Below, in pieces: positions 11,255 to 25,159 of a stretch of DNA of 64,000 bases (the first letter of the stretch is position 1; each line of letters starts with the position of its first letter). Made by a program: the position numbers and the translations under genes. The notes under the pieces were generated by a model. It worked only from the letters and a program-made list of their open reading frames with translations. It searched no databases and was not told where the DNA came from. Source of the stretch: Parasitella parasitica NRRL 2501. Its lineage: Eukaryota; Fungi; Mucoromycota. The stretch lies in assembly GCA_025201805.1 (NCBI GenBank), contig MU619279.1:1-64000 (forward strand), written 5' to 3'.

Positions 11255-14044
11255 TACTGGCATTTACTGTTTTACGTAGATTACTTTTATCTCTCTTTTT
11301 TCAATGTTTATTATATTTCTTTTTCTTGTGTATTTATGCAATTCTTTTTTTTTTTTCGTACTTTCTATGAAAGTCTAATATCTGTTTCTATCGACATCTT
11401 TCCCCTTTTTTTTTCAAAAAAAAAAAAGCCCCTTCACGATGACTTGGTTAATAATGCGGATGTTATTCCGAGTTTATGGGCCAAACACAGCCAATGCTAT
11501 AATTAAACTGTTGGCCTGTAAAGCCGCCAGTTCTATCCTGCCTGAATGCTGGAGATCTATCTGCCTAGCATTACTCTCACTAGCAAGCAAAAGCCTAGAA
11601 AAATGTATATAGAAACAAGTTTGTTTTAATCACTTAAAACCTAAGACCTAAAACATGTAGTTTTTGACGAGGCATTCCGTATTCAGCAGAAGAAAAAAAA
11701 TACACATATACATGTATATTCGATATACGTAATAGAAAAAAGGAAATAGCGATTTATAAATTTGTGCCTTAATGGTGAACATATTTATGGATTTAAAGAA
11801 ATTTCTATAGTCGGATAAAAGCAATATGCTGCATTCTGCAATACTTTTGCTTGAACGTTAAGTATAGGCATAATATTATGCTTCAATAATGCCTTTGTGG
11901 CAAGAAAAATCAAGTGTGGTGCCTTTTTCTTTTAGCAATATCATCTTGCCAAAGATGTTAGGTACAGGAATATTCTCGATTAGATAGTTACCAATCTCAT
12001 TGATGTTCTTGATGCTTCTAAATATTATTATTTCTTGCATACAATGTCGAAATGCCAATACGAATTGAACCAACAATGAAAGAAGGTCAATCATTATGGT
12101 GTAACTTTCAAAAATGAAATTAGACCTGCCAGAGCATGACTGTATGAAACGATTTGCCCATATAAAATTAGGCTATTCTGTGTATATTCTCAGAACAATG
12201 AAAAAGTCCCGTCTATTGGTATGATAGAGGCTTTCGCAAAACGTCATATGCATTTCTGATAGGGTAAACAAATAGAATGCCTGATGACAATTGAAGGCTG
12301 AAACCAGGTTACCAGTTGCATGTGCATCTATGTATAGCTTATGTTCAAATTGTTGTCATTGTAATTGTTTCATTGAATGTGTATGAGAATATGCACAATT
12401 ACTATCTCTGCATGTTGAGCACAAATAACACACATGACAGTTTGCATGTAATACAGAGACTAACTTCATATTGACAGAATCCTCCGTACCTTTGGTTCGC
12501 TATTCGTGCTAGTTGGAAATAGATGTCAAGCTCACGACCGATGACTTTTGAATTTTGCGTCATAAGAAATCACTATGATTATAAAGGATGATAAAAGGAG
12601 AATCACACCAAGGAGAAATCACACTAGCGATTTGAAAATTTCAATACCTAACGTTGAGAATCAGGGCCACTTGACGTAATTTTCGAATGATCCTCATTGT
12701 ATAGAAATTGACCAGAATAAATTCCCTAATTATATATGTTAAAAGCCATGTGGGATCTACATGGATGTCAGGGTTAAATATCATTGCTCATTTTCTGTTG
12801 AATGCTACAATGGAAATATTGGATCACGGGTTGCTGACATCTGGAATTTGCCATATCTCGATATCTCCAAATTTAGATGTACACGCGCTTTATAATGTTT
12901 CCAGCAGCGTTTTGAATTCCATCTTTAAAATTAACTAGTTGGATAATGTTGCGCTATTCTCTAAGGCAGTAAATAATTCATGTATAAGTTTAGAAGAGAA
13001 ATGTACGACGGATTAAGTCTTTCAGCATTTTTATCGTTATTTCATTACCCTTTTGGAAGAAGTAAACGCTTGACAAAAATTAAGAACTCCCGAATTAAAA
13101 ACCTCTAGAATCAAGAGATACATACTAGTCTGCAACGAACTCTTGGAAGGTAAAACCACATTGGATATCTGCGCTGCTTTACTGTTATTATTCCAAGATG
13201 AGAGGCTTGAAACTGTAATATCTCAAGAATAGAGTGCTTTAAAGCGCATTTAATCGTCTTCAAACCTACGATTAAAAGTTCATTAGGTTTTCATGACTCA
13301 TTTGTATACCCCTATGATCTCCATTTGAAAATTCATATGGGCCACTTTGCACATTTCTCGATAAATGCATATAGAGTTGTTATTTATGCCATAATCGATA
13401 GATATGACCTCAAGCTACAATTCAATACCAGTTGATATGTTTTCAATGCTTAATAGTATGAAGAAGACCAATAACACAAAAAAACATTAGCAGGCTTTCT
13501 TGATACTTAGTCGATGTATCAACTAGTAACTTGCACTTTCAGGCGTAATATTGTTTTTTTTACGCTGAAAAGACTATGACCGCAAGAAACAATACTTAGA
13601 AGGCTCTCGAGTAATTCAAAAAACTTGCCAAAAAACTCAAATCGACTAGTTTCTGGATAAAAATTGGCCTTTAAGGTGTTTAAATGTTTCCGTCTATATT
13701 GCTCAATGAAAAGCTAACGCATCTGAATAATCAAAGTGGTTTGTGATAAAACTCAATGAGCTGCAGCGCATGGGGTAGTCGAATTTGAATTTAATGATTC
13801 AACTAGAAATCAGAGTTTATGCGACAGCAATGAACAAAGTTTAAACGAGGAGAAGTGCAGAGCTTACAAAACTGCATTCCCTGATGAATTGCGTGTGCAC
13901 AAGTCCTTCTGAGCTTCTCGGTTCTTTGAAGGAATGTTTATTTGCAGTATACACTTCATATTACTAGTGTCATTACAGCTGGTTGTTTGGACGTGCTTTG
14001 GAGGAGATACTGAAGACATAAGTTATGTCTTATTTGCAATCACA

Positions 14045-14054
14045 ATGGTGCCAT
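14045..14054. promoter_or_regulatory. CYS-3/MetR-like bZIP site ATGGTGCCAT
   Basis: Exact match to ATGRYRYCAT about 0.8 kb upstream of the homocysteine methyltransferase gene; could arise by chance. Confidence 0.25.
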
Positions 14055-14875
14055 GAACGATGCTTTTCAGTCACAATGCTCGCTTCTTTTTAGCTGTCAC
14101 CAGAAGCAATGAAAAATTTTTCAGAAGGAAAAGGTATAAAGCATGCTTCAATCGCTGTTCTCTGCTCCTAGATCAACTACAAGGTAAATATTCGCACTTA
14201 AATGTATATAGAGAAAAAGCAAAATCTCTTTTTTCAGTGGTAATATCCATGATGAATGCTTTGCCGCCCCAGGCGGAATGTGTACATGTCGATAAACCAT
14301 GCAGCTCAAACCCTTTTCTGAAATTTATTACTGAAACACTTGCTTTTTTTCTTGATAATATTGAACCCAATTATTAATCTTTTCTTCTTTGTCTCTAGAT
14401 GTTTATGATATAAACTCCCAATAAATTTGTATTAAATACCTATAAATATTCCCTATTTTTGTTGTGGATTGATGTGTCTTCTGGTCCTTTCTCATGGATT
14501 CATTGGTAAGTTTTCTCAAAAGTTTGTGTGTACATTTCAAAGTATCTTGTATGATGAGCAAAGTACATTCCATGCTAACACGGAGCTCTACATGACCGAT
14601 AACATGTTATTCTATTACTGATTGCAATGATATTTTGAATTTGTGTGCTGCGATGTTCCAATGAACTGATATTAATCCCCATTTATTCATAGATATCTTA
14701 AATAGCGGATTTTTTTTGCGTACATTTTTACAATAAATTTTTTTTTTTGGATATCACATTTATTTTGCTAATGTACATGTAACACTTGAAATGTAGCAAT
14801 AATGGCCCATTGGATATTTAGTATTTGATAGCAATGATAAAACAGTCTCTCGTGTTTACGACTGCCTGTTTCCAA

Positions 14876-15961
14876 ATGCTTTTCCAATTTCCCATTATAC
14901 TCGACGGTGGTCTTGCAACAGAACTCGAGAGAAGCTTTGGCAAAGATTTATCGAGTGAGTGAACGTATCTCACATCTTGACTGTATTACGGTATTCAAAC
15001 TATTATTAGGTAAACTTTGGTCAGCACAGTGCTTACAAGACGATCCAGAAGCCATAAAAGTGAGTCTTTAGTTTGAAAAATTGCGCAAAGCTAATCAAGT
15101 CATATTATACAGTCTGTGCACAAGTTATATTACCAAGCAGGGGCCAATGTAGCTACAACCTGCAGCTATCAAGCGTCTATCGAAGGGTTTATTAGAGCAG
15201 GGTACTCTGAACATCACGCTGTCACCTTGATGCGTAAAAGCGTTTCATTAGCGTTGGAAGCGCGAGATGAATACAAGCTAGAGCACCCCAATGACAATCA
15301 ACAAAGACTTGTTACTCTTTCGATTGGATGCTATGGTGCTATCCTAGCTAATGGCGCAGAATACACGGGCGATTATGGTGATCTGACGCTGCAGGAGCTT
15401 GTCCAATTTCACAAGGAGAGATTATCTCTTTTCTTATCCACAAAAACTGAGTCTTCTAATGGTATTGACTTTGTTATCTTCGAAACCATTCCGTCTTATC
15501 TTGAAGCACAAGCTATACATGAGATTGTTTCTAACTGGGACAGTAGCAATGCTAACTTACCTCCGGTTGCTGTATCATTTCAATGCAGATCAGGCGACCA
15601 GATTGCCGATGGAACTCCAGTATTGAACGCAATCCAGGTATTGAACGATGAAAAGAGTATTTTTGCTGTTGGTATCAACTGCACCAAGCCAAAATACTTT
15701 GAAAACCTGCTTACTATCGTCGCTCAGTTTAATAAGCAGAATGCCAATGGTAAGGCGTTGGTAGCTTATCCTAATGGTGGAGAAGAATGGAACGCAGTGG
15801 CAAGAAATTGGGATGCTAGTACTAAATTACCTGAAGAGACATTTGGCTGCATGATGGCGAAATGCGTAGAAGATTATGGTCCATATGTATTAGTTGGTGG
15901 TTGCTGTGGAACTGGACCTGCCCATATCAAGAATATCAAAGGATTTCTGGATGCAAGCTAA
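14876..15961 (+). CDS. Homocysteine S-methyltransferase (SAM4/MHT1/MmuM family), 3 exons
   Basis: ILDGGLATELE, LWSA, VHKLYYQAGA, SYQAS, SIGCYGAILANGAEYTGDYG, FETIP, and Zn ligands GINC and GGCCGTGP. Introns 14955-15009 and 15060-15112. An alternative in-frame ATG lies at 14834. Confidence 0.93.
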
Positions 15962-17273
15962 AATGATTTATAGTCTTAATTAATATTTATCCATGATGCA
16001 TATGTCATCTAACGGTATATATCATATTGATTTAAGGTTGTCGTTCCTGTTAATAAAGGTTTTATGAGTATAGATGTCCTTCCCTCCCGATAGTATTATG
16101 ACAATCATTTAATATGCCGAGTTCAAACTAGATTGCTGTCAATAAGAATTCTCTCACATATGCATGAGTATCGAATTCAATGTACATAGTGTCTTTATAT
16201 ATTCATTAAAATTATTGCTTTGCGCTTGTTTTACAATACAATGTAAAAAAAGATTTTGATGTTAGATTTTTAATCAAGGCAAGCAAATGGCAACCGCTGA
16301 AAGCGTAAAAAGCAATAGAACTGTAATTAGAGGTCTACAATAAAAACGCACATACATTTAGCTTTGTACTTGAAATTTTGATGCGTGCAGTGCTGTTCTA
16401 TAGTGAACCACCTAATAATGATAAAAGCAAGAAAATACTGGTCATGGCCATTTGCGACAACAAACAAAAGATTGCTACTAATCTTTTGAACTATAAATGC
16501 TTTGCACATAAACAGTTTGTTTTGACCAATGTAATAGTTCAATCGAAATCAACTCGAATTGATATACAGAAAGAGCTGATTTCATATAAACAGCCTTTGC
16601 AAAAAACACGCAAGGAAATTACTTAGTGGCAGTAACATTAAAGCAGAAAGGTACGCCCAAACATTGGCTTATCTCAATTATATGTATTGTGCAGCGCGAT
16701 TAACTCTGTAAATTCTATTGAAATGTTGATAGCCATTTGTGGACCGTACAAGAGGTTGCCTATCGCATCCAAAACCAATGAAACAAATTTAGTAAGAATA
16801 CAAATTTGAATAGAACGCCTCATGCAATGATAACCCAACTCAACCCAAGTCGACAAGAAGAGTAATGCAGTATTAGGCGACAAACAAATCAAACATGATA
16901 GTTTATCAGTTGTTGTACAATGAGGGCTGTAATAGATAAATGAATATCTACTGAATACCAGTCAGATAAGCATATCTCTTGTTGTTATACTGATTCAGCT
17001 TGCATTACAGGGCAAAAAGAAAACGTTATCAGTTTTGTTTGTTAGATGAGATTTTTTGATTTCGCTGGCTGTACATATCAAGCATTGATTGTAACACATA
17101 AATTACACTCTTGTAATTCATACTGTTTAGCAACTTTAAGGGGTGGAAATTATCAATCAGTATTTACGATATAAACAAAAACAAACTTGAATTAACCGCA
17201 AACAGCAACTAATATCTGTTTCAATCTAAAATTGAACTCTAAGCAGATCATTCAAATAAACAAAGTATCATGG

Positions 17274-17283
17274 ATGATATCAT
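17274..17283. promoter_or_regulatory. CYS-3/MetR-like bZIP site ATGATATCAT
   Basis: Exact ATGRYRYCAT match inside the 12-bp palindrome GATGATATCATC, 530 bp upstream of sulfate permease 1. Confidence 0.3.
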
Positions 17284-17803
17284 CGATGCAACTGACACTT
17301 TTTTTTTTTCTAATTCAAGGAACTGTATACATGGAGGCAAAAAGAATATAGCGTTTTAGGTGTATTGCATATGTTTAAAAATAAAGATTCTTTACGTATT
17401 TTACAAAAAACCAGGGGAATCTCTTTTTGTTCCAATGGCTACAAGAGAATGAGATATGCGCATATTATTTTTACTAATCATGGTAATTAATCATGAGATG
17501 TGTATGCCCGCCGAAAACCAAGAATACACTTTGATAATTTTAAAGTTCATACACATATAATAGCAATTTACTAAATTATGCATGACATTGTATTACCAGC
17601 AAGTGTGCGTTGAGATAAAACCATAATGTGTGTAACCTGGTGATAGTGAAATTTGCAGATATGCCGAGAATGATAGCACGGTAAGAAAGAAGTATAAAAG
17701 CCCACCAATATTCGTTGATCCAATCTGGTTTTACTGAAAACCAAACAAATAGACTTTTTTCCTTCATTTTCAGCCTTTTTTTTTTTTTTTCATCATCATC
17801 ATC

Positions 17804-20457
17804 ATGACAGTTATATATATCGATAATCCACCTCCAAAATATGGCCATCAATTGAAAACCCAAATCAAAAAATTGCCATCAGGGACAAGATCCTACTTTA
17901 AAAATTTGTTTCCTATAGTGAACTGGCTGCCTAACTATAATCTGATTTGGCTGTCAGGCGATTTAACTGCTGCTATCACTGTCGGTACTCTAGTCATCCC
18001 TCAAAGTTTAGCTTACGGTAAATGTTGTCTTTAGAAACGCCTTTGTCATGGTAATTAATCTTGCCTTCAAAATAGCTAAAATTGCAAATCTTCCACCTGT
18101 CTTCGGATTATATACAAGTTTTATCGGCACTATTTTGTATCCTCTGTTCGGTACCTCCAAAGATATCAGCTTAGGTATATACTATATGAATGCATGTCGT
18201 ATCCAAATTGACACGTCCAATACTACCTAGGTGTCAGTGCAATCACTTGTTTGTTAGTCGGACAAGTCATTGGTAAATTCACTGCTACGGAGCAATACAT
18301 TTCTGGTGCATGGACACTGGCCGATGCATCCATCATGCTCAGTCTGTTCTCGGGTTTCATTGTCTTTGCTATTGGTGCATTTCGGTTAGGCGCTATTTAT
18401 CAGTTTATATGCCAGCCTGCCATCGCTGGCTTTATGGCTGGCAGTGGTCTCACAATCGTTATCAATCAATTCAACAAAATATTCGGTGTACCCAACATCA
18501 ACACCTCAGAGGCACCGTATCTTGTATTTGGAAAGACGCTGATTAACCTAAATCACTCTTCCGTGGATGCTGCTTTTGGAGTTGCCGCTTTGATATACCT
18601 TTATGGCGTAAAGTACTTTTCTCAACGTCTAATGCGCAGGTATCCTCAACATAATCGTGCTATCTTCTTTTTCAATACCAGTAGAAGCATCGTTGTATTG
18701 GTCTTTGGCACTTTATTAAGTTTTATGATCAACCACTTTGGTCGCTTTGCTGCCAGCCCTTTCAAAATCATCGGCGATGTGCCTGCCGGTTTCAATCATA
18801 TGGCAGTTCCTGTTGTCAAAGCCGACATGCTTGGCTTTTTTTCATCGGATCTCCCAGGTATTGTTGTGCTCTTGGTGATGGAGCATGGTGCTATCTCTGC
18901 TAGCTTGGGAAAAGTTCAAGATTATAAAGGTAAATTATTACACGCACGTAAATATGTTCATTTCCTGTGCTAATTGAAATTTTTTATATAGTGGACATGA
19001 GCCAGGAATTGTTTGCAAATGGATTGGGAAATATGCTTGGTGCCTTCTTTTGTGCATTTCCGGGTACAGGTGCATTTGCCCGCAGCGCTGTCATGTCCAA
19101 GTCAGGTGCTCGTACTCCTTTAGCAAGTTTCTTTGTCGGCATTATCGTGGTCTTGGCTATCTATATCTTCACACCTGCTTTCAAATACATTCCGATGGCA
19201 AGCTTATGTGCTATCATTGCCCACTCTGTTACTGACTTGATCTGTGGGCCTACTGTCTGGATAAAGTTTTGGGATTTGAATCAGATGGAGCTTGTCGTGT
19301 TTGCGTGCGCTTATATCATCTCATTATTCACTCGTATCGATATTGCCGTATATGTGCCTGTTGTATTGTCTGTGTTGGTCCAGCTGTACAGATCTGCTCG
19401 TCCTCAATACGCTGTTATTGGCCGTGTCAATCTAGACCCTGAACTTGGTGGCATGACAGATGAGAAGCACGCAAAGCAGGATGACAAGAATACCATTGAT
19501 GAACTAGATAACGCACTGTTCTTCCCTCAAGATCACCCTACATTGGGCAGTTATGTTCAGCCTATGGATGCCGGCATTGTCTGTTTCCAACCACAAGAAA
19601 ACATCGTCTTTCAGAATGCTGCATTTACATTTGGAAAATTACTGGAAGAAATCGAGAAAACTACTCGCCGTGGCAAGCTTCCTGCAGAGAAGATGGGTGA
19701 TCGTCCCTGGAACAATACCGAAGGCGCTGGCAAGAGCCAGTTGAAGCCGTTGCTGCGTTCGGTAGTTATCGATCTCTCTGGCGTGCATCAAATGGACTAC
19801 TCTGGTATGGAAGCCATGTTGGATGCTGCTGTCACTACGGAGCGCTACTCTGGACAGCATGTGCATTGGTATATTGTCACTGGTGATTCCATGGCTGTCA
19901 GAAAATCCCTTTTATTTGCCGGCTTTGGTAACCAACGTAGTGATGGCATAATTCCTGGCCGTTTTATTTCTGATCTAAGACATGGTGTTGAAGATGGCGG
20001 CCATCGTCCTGGCGCCGAAGGCTGCCACTCTTTTGATCCACATGCCAATCAAGATAGCGACGACGATGATGATGAAAAGAAGAACGATTTTGACCAAGTT
20101 GTTGTCATTGAGCAAGTCGAGAAACAGCATCTTCCGAATTTCATTCAAAAGGCCATCGGTAAACATACCAAAAACTCTTCATCAACAATCGACAAGGACA
20201 CACAAGCTCATGAATTTGCAATAGCCGCTAGTAATGATTCTGCACAGTGGTGCTATTGCAATAATACAAATATTGCTCCCAACACTAGAATTACAGCTGT
20301 GCATGATCGATTCCCATTCTTTTTTAGATCGCTGCACGATGCTGTTCGTGCAGCACTGATTGGGAAGGCCATTTCAGAAAACCATCCTTTAGATAGCATC
20401 AGTATCATTTCCGACAGAGATGAAACCACTTCGTCTGAAGAAAGCAATTCTGCGTAA
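17804..20457 (+). CDS. SulP/SLC26 sulfate permease with STAS domain (paralog 1), 4 exons
   Basis: WLPNYN, GDLTAAITVGTLVIPQSLAYAKIANLPPVFGLYTSF, FGTSKDISLG, AIAGFMAGSG, FPGTGAFARSAVMSKSGARTP; STAS region LRSVVIDLSGVHQMDYSGMEA. Confidence 0.93.
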
Positions 20458-21096
20458 ATTTTTGTAACATAGTATATATAGCCTTATTTATTACACAACA
20501 TTTAGAATACCCAATAAATATTTGAAGAAAAAATAAACCTTGGATCTACATGCCAATGCCTCTATCCTTGACGGAAATCACCGCTTTTATAAAATTTTAG
20601 CTTTTAATTTGTTAGGTGGTAGATATGTCTGCCTTGGTTGGTTGCCATGCAACCTCGCAATGTTGTCGCTCAAAGAAAAGGCAGTCAAGGAACCACGGTT
20701 TCCTATTCAAGTATTGGCTGATTGCAATCCATTGCTCAAGCTACAAAATTTTAGCAACGTCCATTCTCTAGCCTCTCTGCCTCCCTCCTTCCTGTCTTGA
20801 TCGTAATCCATAATTTTGTTACTCAAACATTTCAGAAACTCAATTTGTTGAAAGCTTTTTCTTGTAACCCATAAAGCGACAATTAGTTGAACCATCCAGC
20901 GATCGAATCGACACATTCCTAGACATTTGATAGTACTCGTTGTATATCAAGCTGAATAAAGAAGCAAGCACATAGTAAAAGGTACAATTAAAAACGAGGA
21001 GAAATAGTGCAAGATAAGCCACGGCTTGAACCTTTCTCCTCTTGCCGTCTGCAGTCTATATTACAAACTTACATTTACATACTTCATCAATAGATC

Positions 21097-24000
21097 ATGC
21101 CTCTACTCAAACGTAAACGATTTGCACTTGTTGACACGCCACCCTATGACAATGATTCAAAGGAATCCCGAAACACAACTGTTTGGTTCTCACCCTTGAC
21201 AAAAGAGATCTTCACAGACTATTCGTACGTTTTGCAATTGGAACGCGTATTCGCACATTTACCAATTCTCTTTTTCTAGTGAGTATCTTCGACGCACATC
21301 GCTCTACAAGAAATCCATCTGGCAATGTGCCTCCTCTGGCAAATCCAACCTCACCTTTAAGGAAGCAATGGAAAGCGAAAAGCATGACAAGGATCGTGTC
21401 CAAGAAAAGATACCAGAGCTTCTTCAAAAGCGTGTATTAGAGCATATTCAATTCAGTGAGTTTGGATACCTGTTGCTGCGATGAGTCATGTCTTGGGACT
21501 AACCTTTCTACCAGGCACTGCTCGTTTGGAGAGTGTCATTGAAGATGCCTACCAGTACTTTGTCAATAGATATACTCCGGGAGAAATCATCCATTGTCTG
21601 TGGGACGACAACATTGCGTAAAGTATCTTGGCAACAACATACAACTGTTCAAGTACTAACATCCATTTCCAAAGTTACAATGCCAAAATATTAGAGCTGT
21701 CTGAAAAGCCCCAAGACGACATCGAAAACCACATTGTTCCTGACCGAAGCTACTACAAAGTACAGCTCATTGATGAAAATTTAGAAGGCATTGATCAGGA
21801 AGATTGCATCAAAGTCGTAGGCGATAATAGGATCAAGTAAAATCAACTGAAATAAGCCATTGTTTTTATAGCTAACTATTGATTCCGAATGCTAGACGTG
21901 ATAGATATGCATTTTCAAAGAATTTGCTTAGAAAATTTATAAGAGAGTATGCTTCTAAAGATACCTACATTGGCGCTCCTTGGGTTGTCAAGGTAGGCTT
22001 TACTTTATAAAAACGGGATCTAGACACTAATTTCTACTTTTGAATATATATATTTATATATCCTCATATAGCCTGACGCTGCCAAGCGATTTGGTATCAA
22101 CCAAGAACTTCCCGAAAATTTACAATTAGCCAAAGACTCAGCCTACTCTAAATCTCGAAAGAAGAGAAAGGAAATATCAGCCGTATCAGCTAATGGCAAT
22201 GCCAAAGAAGATATTGAATTGAATGATGCCCGCAGAATCGAAAGTACACTCAAGTATCCTATTGAAGACCTAAATGTCCCATCATATAGGAGAGAACCCA
22301 GTGGAAATGGCCCTCTTACAGACATGACACCAGGCACAAAAGGAGCTACTTCTCTAGTCCTAAATCCAACTGGCGACATGCCTCTTCGCCCAGCTTCCAA
22401 TTTTCAGAGTACCATCCCTGCAGACTGCATCGGTTCTTTTCTGATGGTGTGGTCATTTCTAGGTAATTTCTCGCAGCCTCTCAAACTATCCCCTTTCTCT
22501 TTAGACGATTTTGAGAATGCATTACGTTATGATTCCGCAGCAGCCATCCTGACTGAAAGCAACATTGCCTTATTAAACATTGTCATTCTTCAAAGGGATC
22601 GTCTCAAAAAGGAGAGTTTAGGCCATGGACCAACAGCTTTGGCAGCCAATATCGCCTTGTATGGAACTGGATACTTGGCTTCTAGAACCACAGCACCTGT
22701 CGCCCCTGCACCACCGCCACTGTCACATTCTTTCAGTCGTGAATCATCCATCCAATATAATAGTGAAGATGAAGATGATCATCATGATGTATGGAAAGTG
22801 CGCCAACCTATTCATCAAAGAGTGTCGACCGTGGAAAGAGGTTGTGGAAGTGTAGCGGTGGAATACGTGAGTCTTAATTGGGACCATGGTACTGTTGATA
22901 CAGAGGCTGAGCGTTATGGATGGGAGGATATTTTGATCGGCTTTGTTAATCAGGTAGGAAGCAACTGTTTATTTTATTTTTATCGTGGAAAGTAGCAGGG
23001 GATATGCTAATCTCGCGGATAGCTTGCACCTATCGAGCAATTACCTGAATTGGATCGAATCTTGAACATGTTAGTGCCACGTGACAACTCTACATTAGAA
23101 GAACGCGAGCAAGCTTATAGCACCTTGAGTCTCCGTGACAAAATCATTCTCTTTGAGCTTTTGATCAGTGTAGCTAATGAGTCATATGTTATCAAGTGCG
23201 TTTACGTAACAAAAACAAGAGTTCCGCATGCGATATTGACATGATCTTTATAGGAATTATCTAGATGAGTGCCAAGATCAGTTGACAGAACTTCGTAAAC
23301 AAAAAATTGATCTTAGTAGAGAACGCAAAAGAATGTAAGTATACGTAATCTGAATTGGTGAATGCAGAAATGTTGATACTGTATGCGTATTAGTCGAGCG
23401 GAGAAGCTGGAGCTGGAGGATAAGCAGAATGGAGAGGCACAAGCGGAGGCTCCTGATATTGGAGGTGATAGTGACTCTGAAGATGATGCAAGCGATAATG
23501 AAGATAGCGCTTTGTAAGATTGTCTGAAATATGTCGACATGCATGATTCTAATGAGATCGCATTAGATTGAAAGCGCAACGTAAAGCAGATCAGTTATCG
23601 AGACTTGAGTCAAGGCAGGAAGCCATGAAACGCCGCCAGACTGAAAGGGAGGAACAGGAAACCAAGAGAATCAAACTACACCATATCCAAAGAGAAGAAC
23701 AACGTGCCAGACAAGTTCGTAATGAAGCTCGTAGAAAGTTAGATGAGGATGAACGTATTTTGCATAGAAAAGAGGAGCAGTTAGAACGTGATATGCGCAA
23801 ATACAGTTTGAATCGAATCAAACCACTCGGCCGCGACAAATTTTTTAATCGCTATTATTATTTTGATGATATTGGAGGAACACTACTGCATGGATCAGGC
23901 AAGTTATTTGTTCAAAGTCCAAGCGATACAGACCTCATGGTTTTACAGGAGCGTGATGTTATTAAATCAATTGATACCAATGCAACTTTACCATGCGGGC

Positions 24001-24510
24001 GTGGAGGAGGTGTCAAATTCGTATCTCGATTAATGAAAGAACAAGGCTTGGTGAAAGAAGCTGAATTTTTAGAAAATAGGATCGAAAAATTAAAACAAAA
24101 CAAGGCAGATTCTGTCGAGGAATGGTGGCAGTCGTATGATGATCCAGAAGATGTAAGTTGTTTACTATAGTCATAACGAGCAATGCCAACTTACAATAAT
24201 TATAGATACTGAAATTGATACAATGGCTAAATCCTAAAGGTATTCGAGAGTTTAGGTTGAAGCGCGAATTGGAAAAACAAATGCATAATTTGATACTTGG
24301 AATGAGAAAACGGGTCTCGGTAAGTTCAATCAAGGTATCCGTTTATGCCATGGTCTGATTGAGACGTTTGTATAGGATCAATCGGTTTCAAACAAACGCA
24401 TTGAAACTCTTCAACGTCGTAGCACACGCCACAAGTCGACAGCTCCACCAGTTCCTCAGTTTCCACCTGGCTCATGGTTGGCTTATATAAATAAGCTTGC
24501 GTTTCCCTAA
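21097..24510 (+). CDS. ITC1: ISWI chromatin-remodelling accessory subunit (Itc1/Acf1-like; WAC, DDT, WHIM/WSD domains), multi-exon
   Basis: WAC start MPLLKRKRF...TKEIFTDY, W(Q)CASSGKSNLTFKEA, GAPWVVK, KYPIEDL; DDT FLMVWSFLGNFSQPLKLSPFSLDDFENAL; WSD PLGRDKFFNRYYYFD and WLNPKGIREFRLK. Last exon 24376-24510. Confidence 0.88.
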
Positions 24511-24847
24511 TATAATACTTATACATATATTTTAATCAGATTAATAATCTATTTGCTTCTTTCATACATTTCAACATATAATATATTTTCAAAATATACA
24601 CTGAATTCTTGGATTTAATAAACGTATTGCGCTTTTTTACACACGATTGTTATGTTATTTATAGTTGGCCCTATTCTTTCCTTCGTCTCACGCTAAACTC
24701 CTGATATCAAGCTTGAGAACAGAAGGCTCGAAAATAAGCGGAAAATGCTTTAAGCGCCTCATTATTCCCTTACATTTTTGCATTAGATTTTGTGCAAAAC
24801 ATGGATATGGTTGATCTCTGAGTTCCAAATGGTTTGTTGTTCCTGAA

Positions 24848-24860
24848 TCGCCATGGCAAC
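24848..24860. promoter_or_regulatory. RFX/Crt1 X-box TCGCCATGGCAAC
   Basis: 13/13 match to the yeast Rfx1/Crt1 strong-site consensus T(C/T)GCCATGGCAAC, about 300 bp upstream of the ADHFE1 start. Confidence 0.55.
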
Positions 24861-25159
24861 CAGGACCACATACGTATCTTGAAAAAGAGAAAAGAATATT
24901 ATGAATATAATGTTGATAAATACCATTATATTACTTTTCGAACTTGTCCTACTCTACATTTGAACGGATAGTTCTCAATGACAGAAATGTCATGTGACCG
25001 TGGAGAAATGGAAACCTTAACCAAGAAAGCTCTAGATATTTGCTTACTATTGTGTATTCGAGATTGTATATCTTGGCTCTTTTTCTCTTTTTCTCTTGTT
25101 TATCCTACCTGAAACCCCACTCCATACTTTCTCTTTTTTTTTTTTCAATTTAATTCATC

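Noticed and set aside
11300-14800. Long intergenic region with short ORFs (e.g. 14060-14377, 14173-14370)
   Set aside because: No recognisable motifs or coherent exon structure; cannot be supported as genes.
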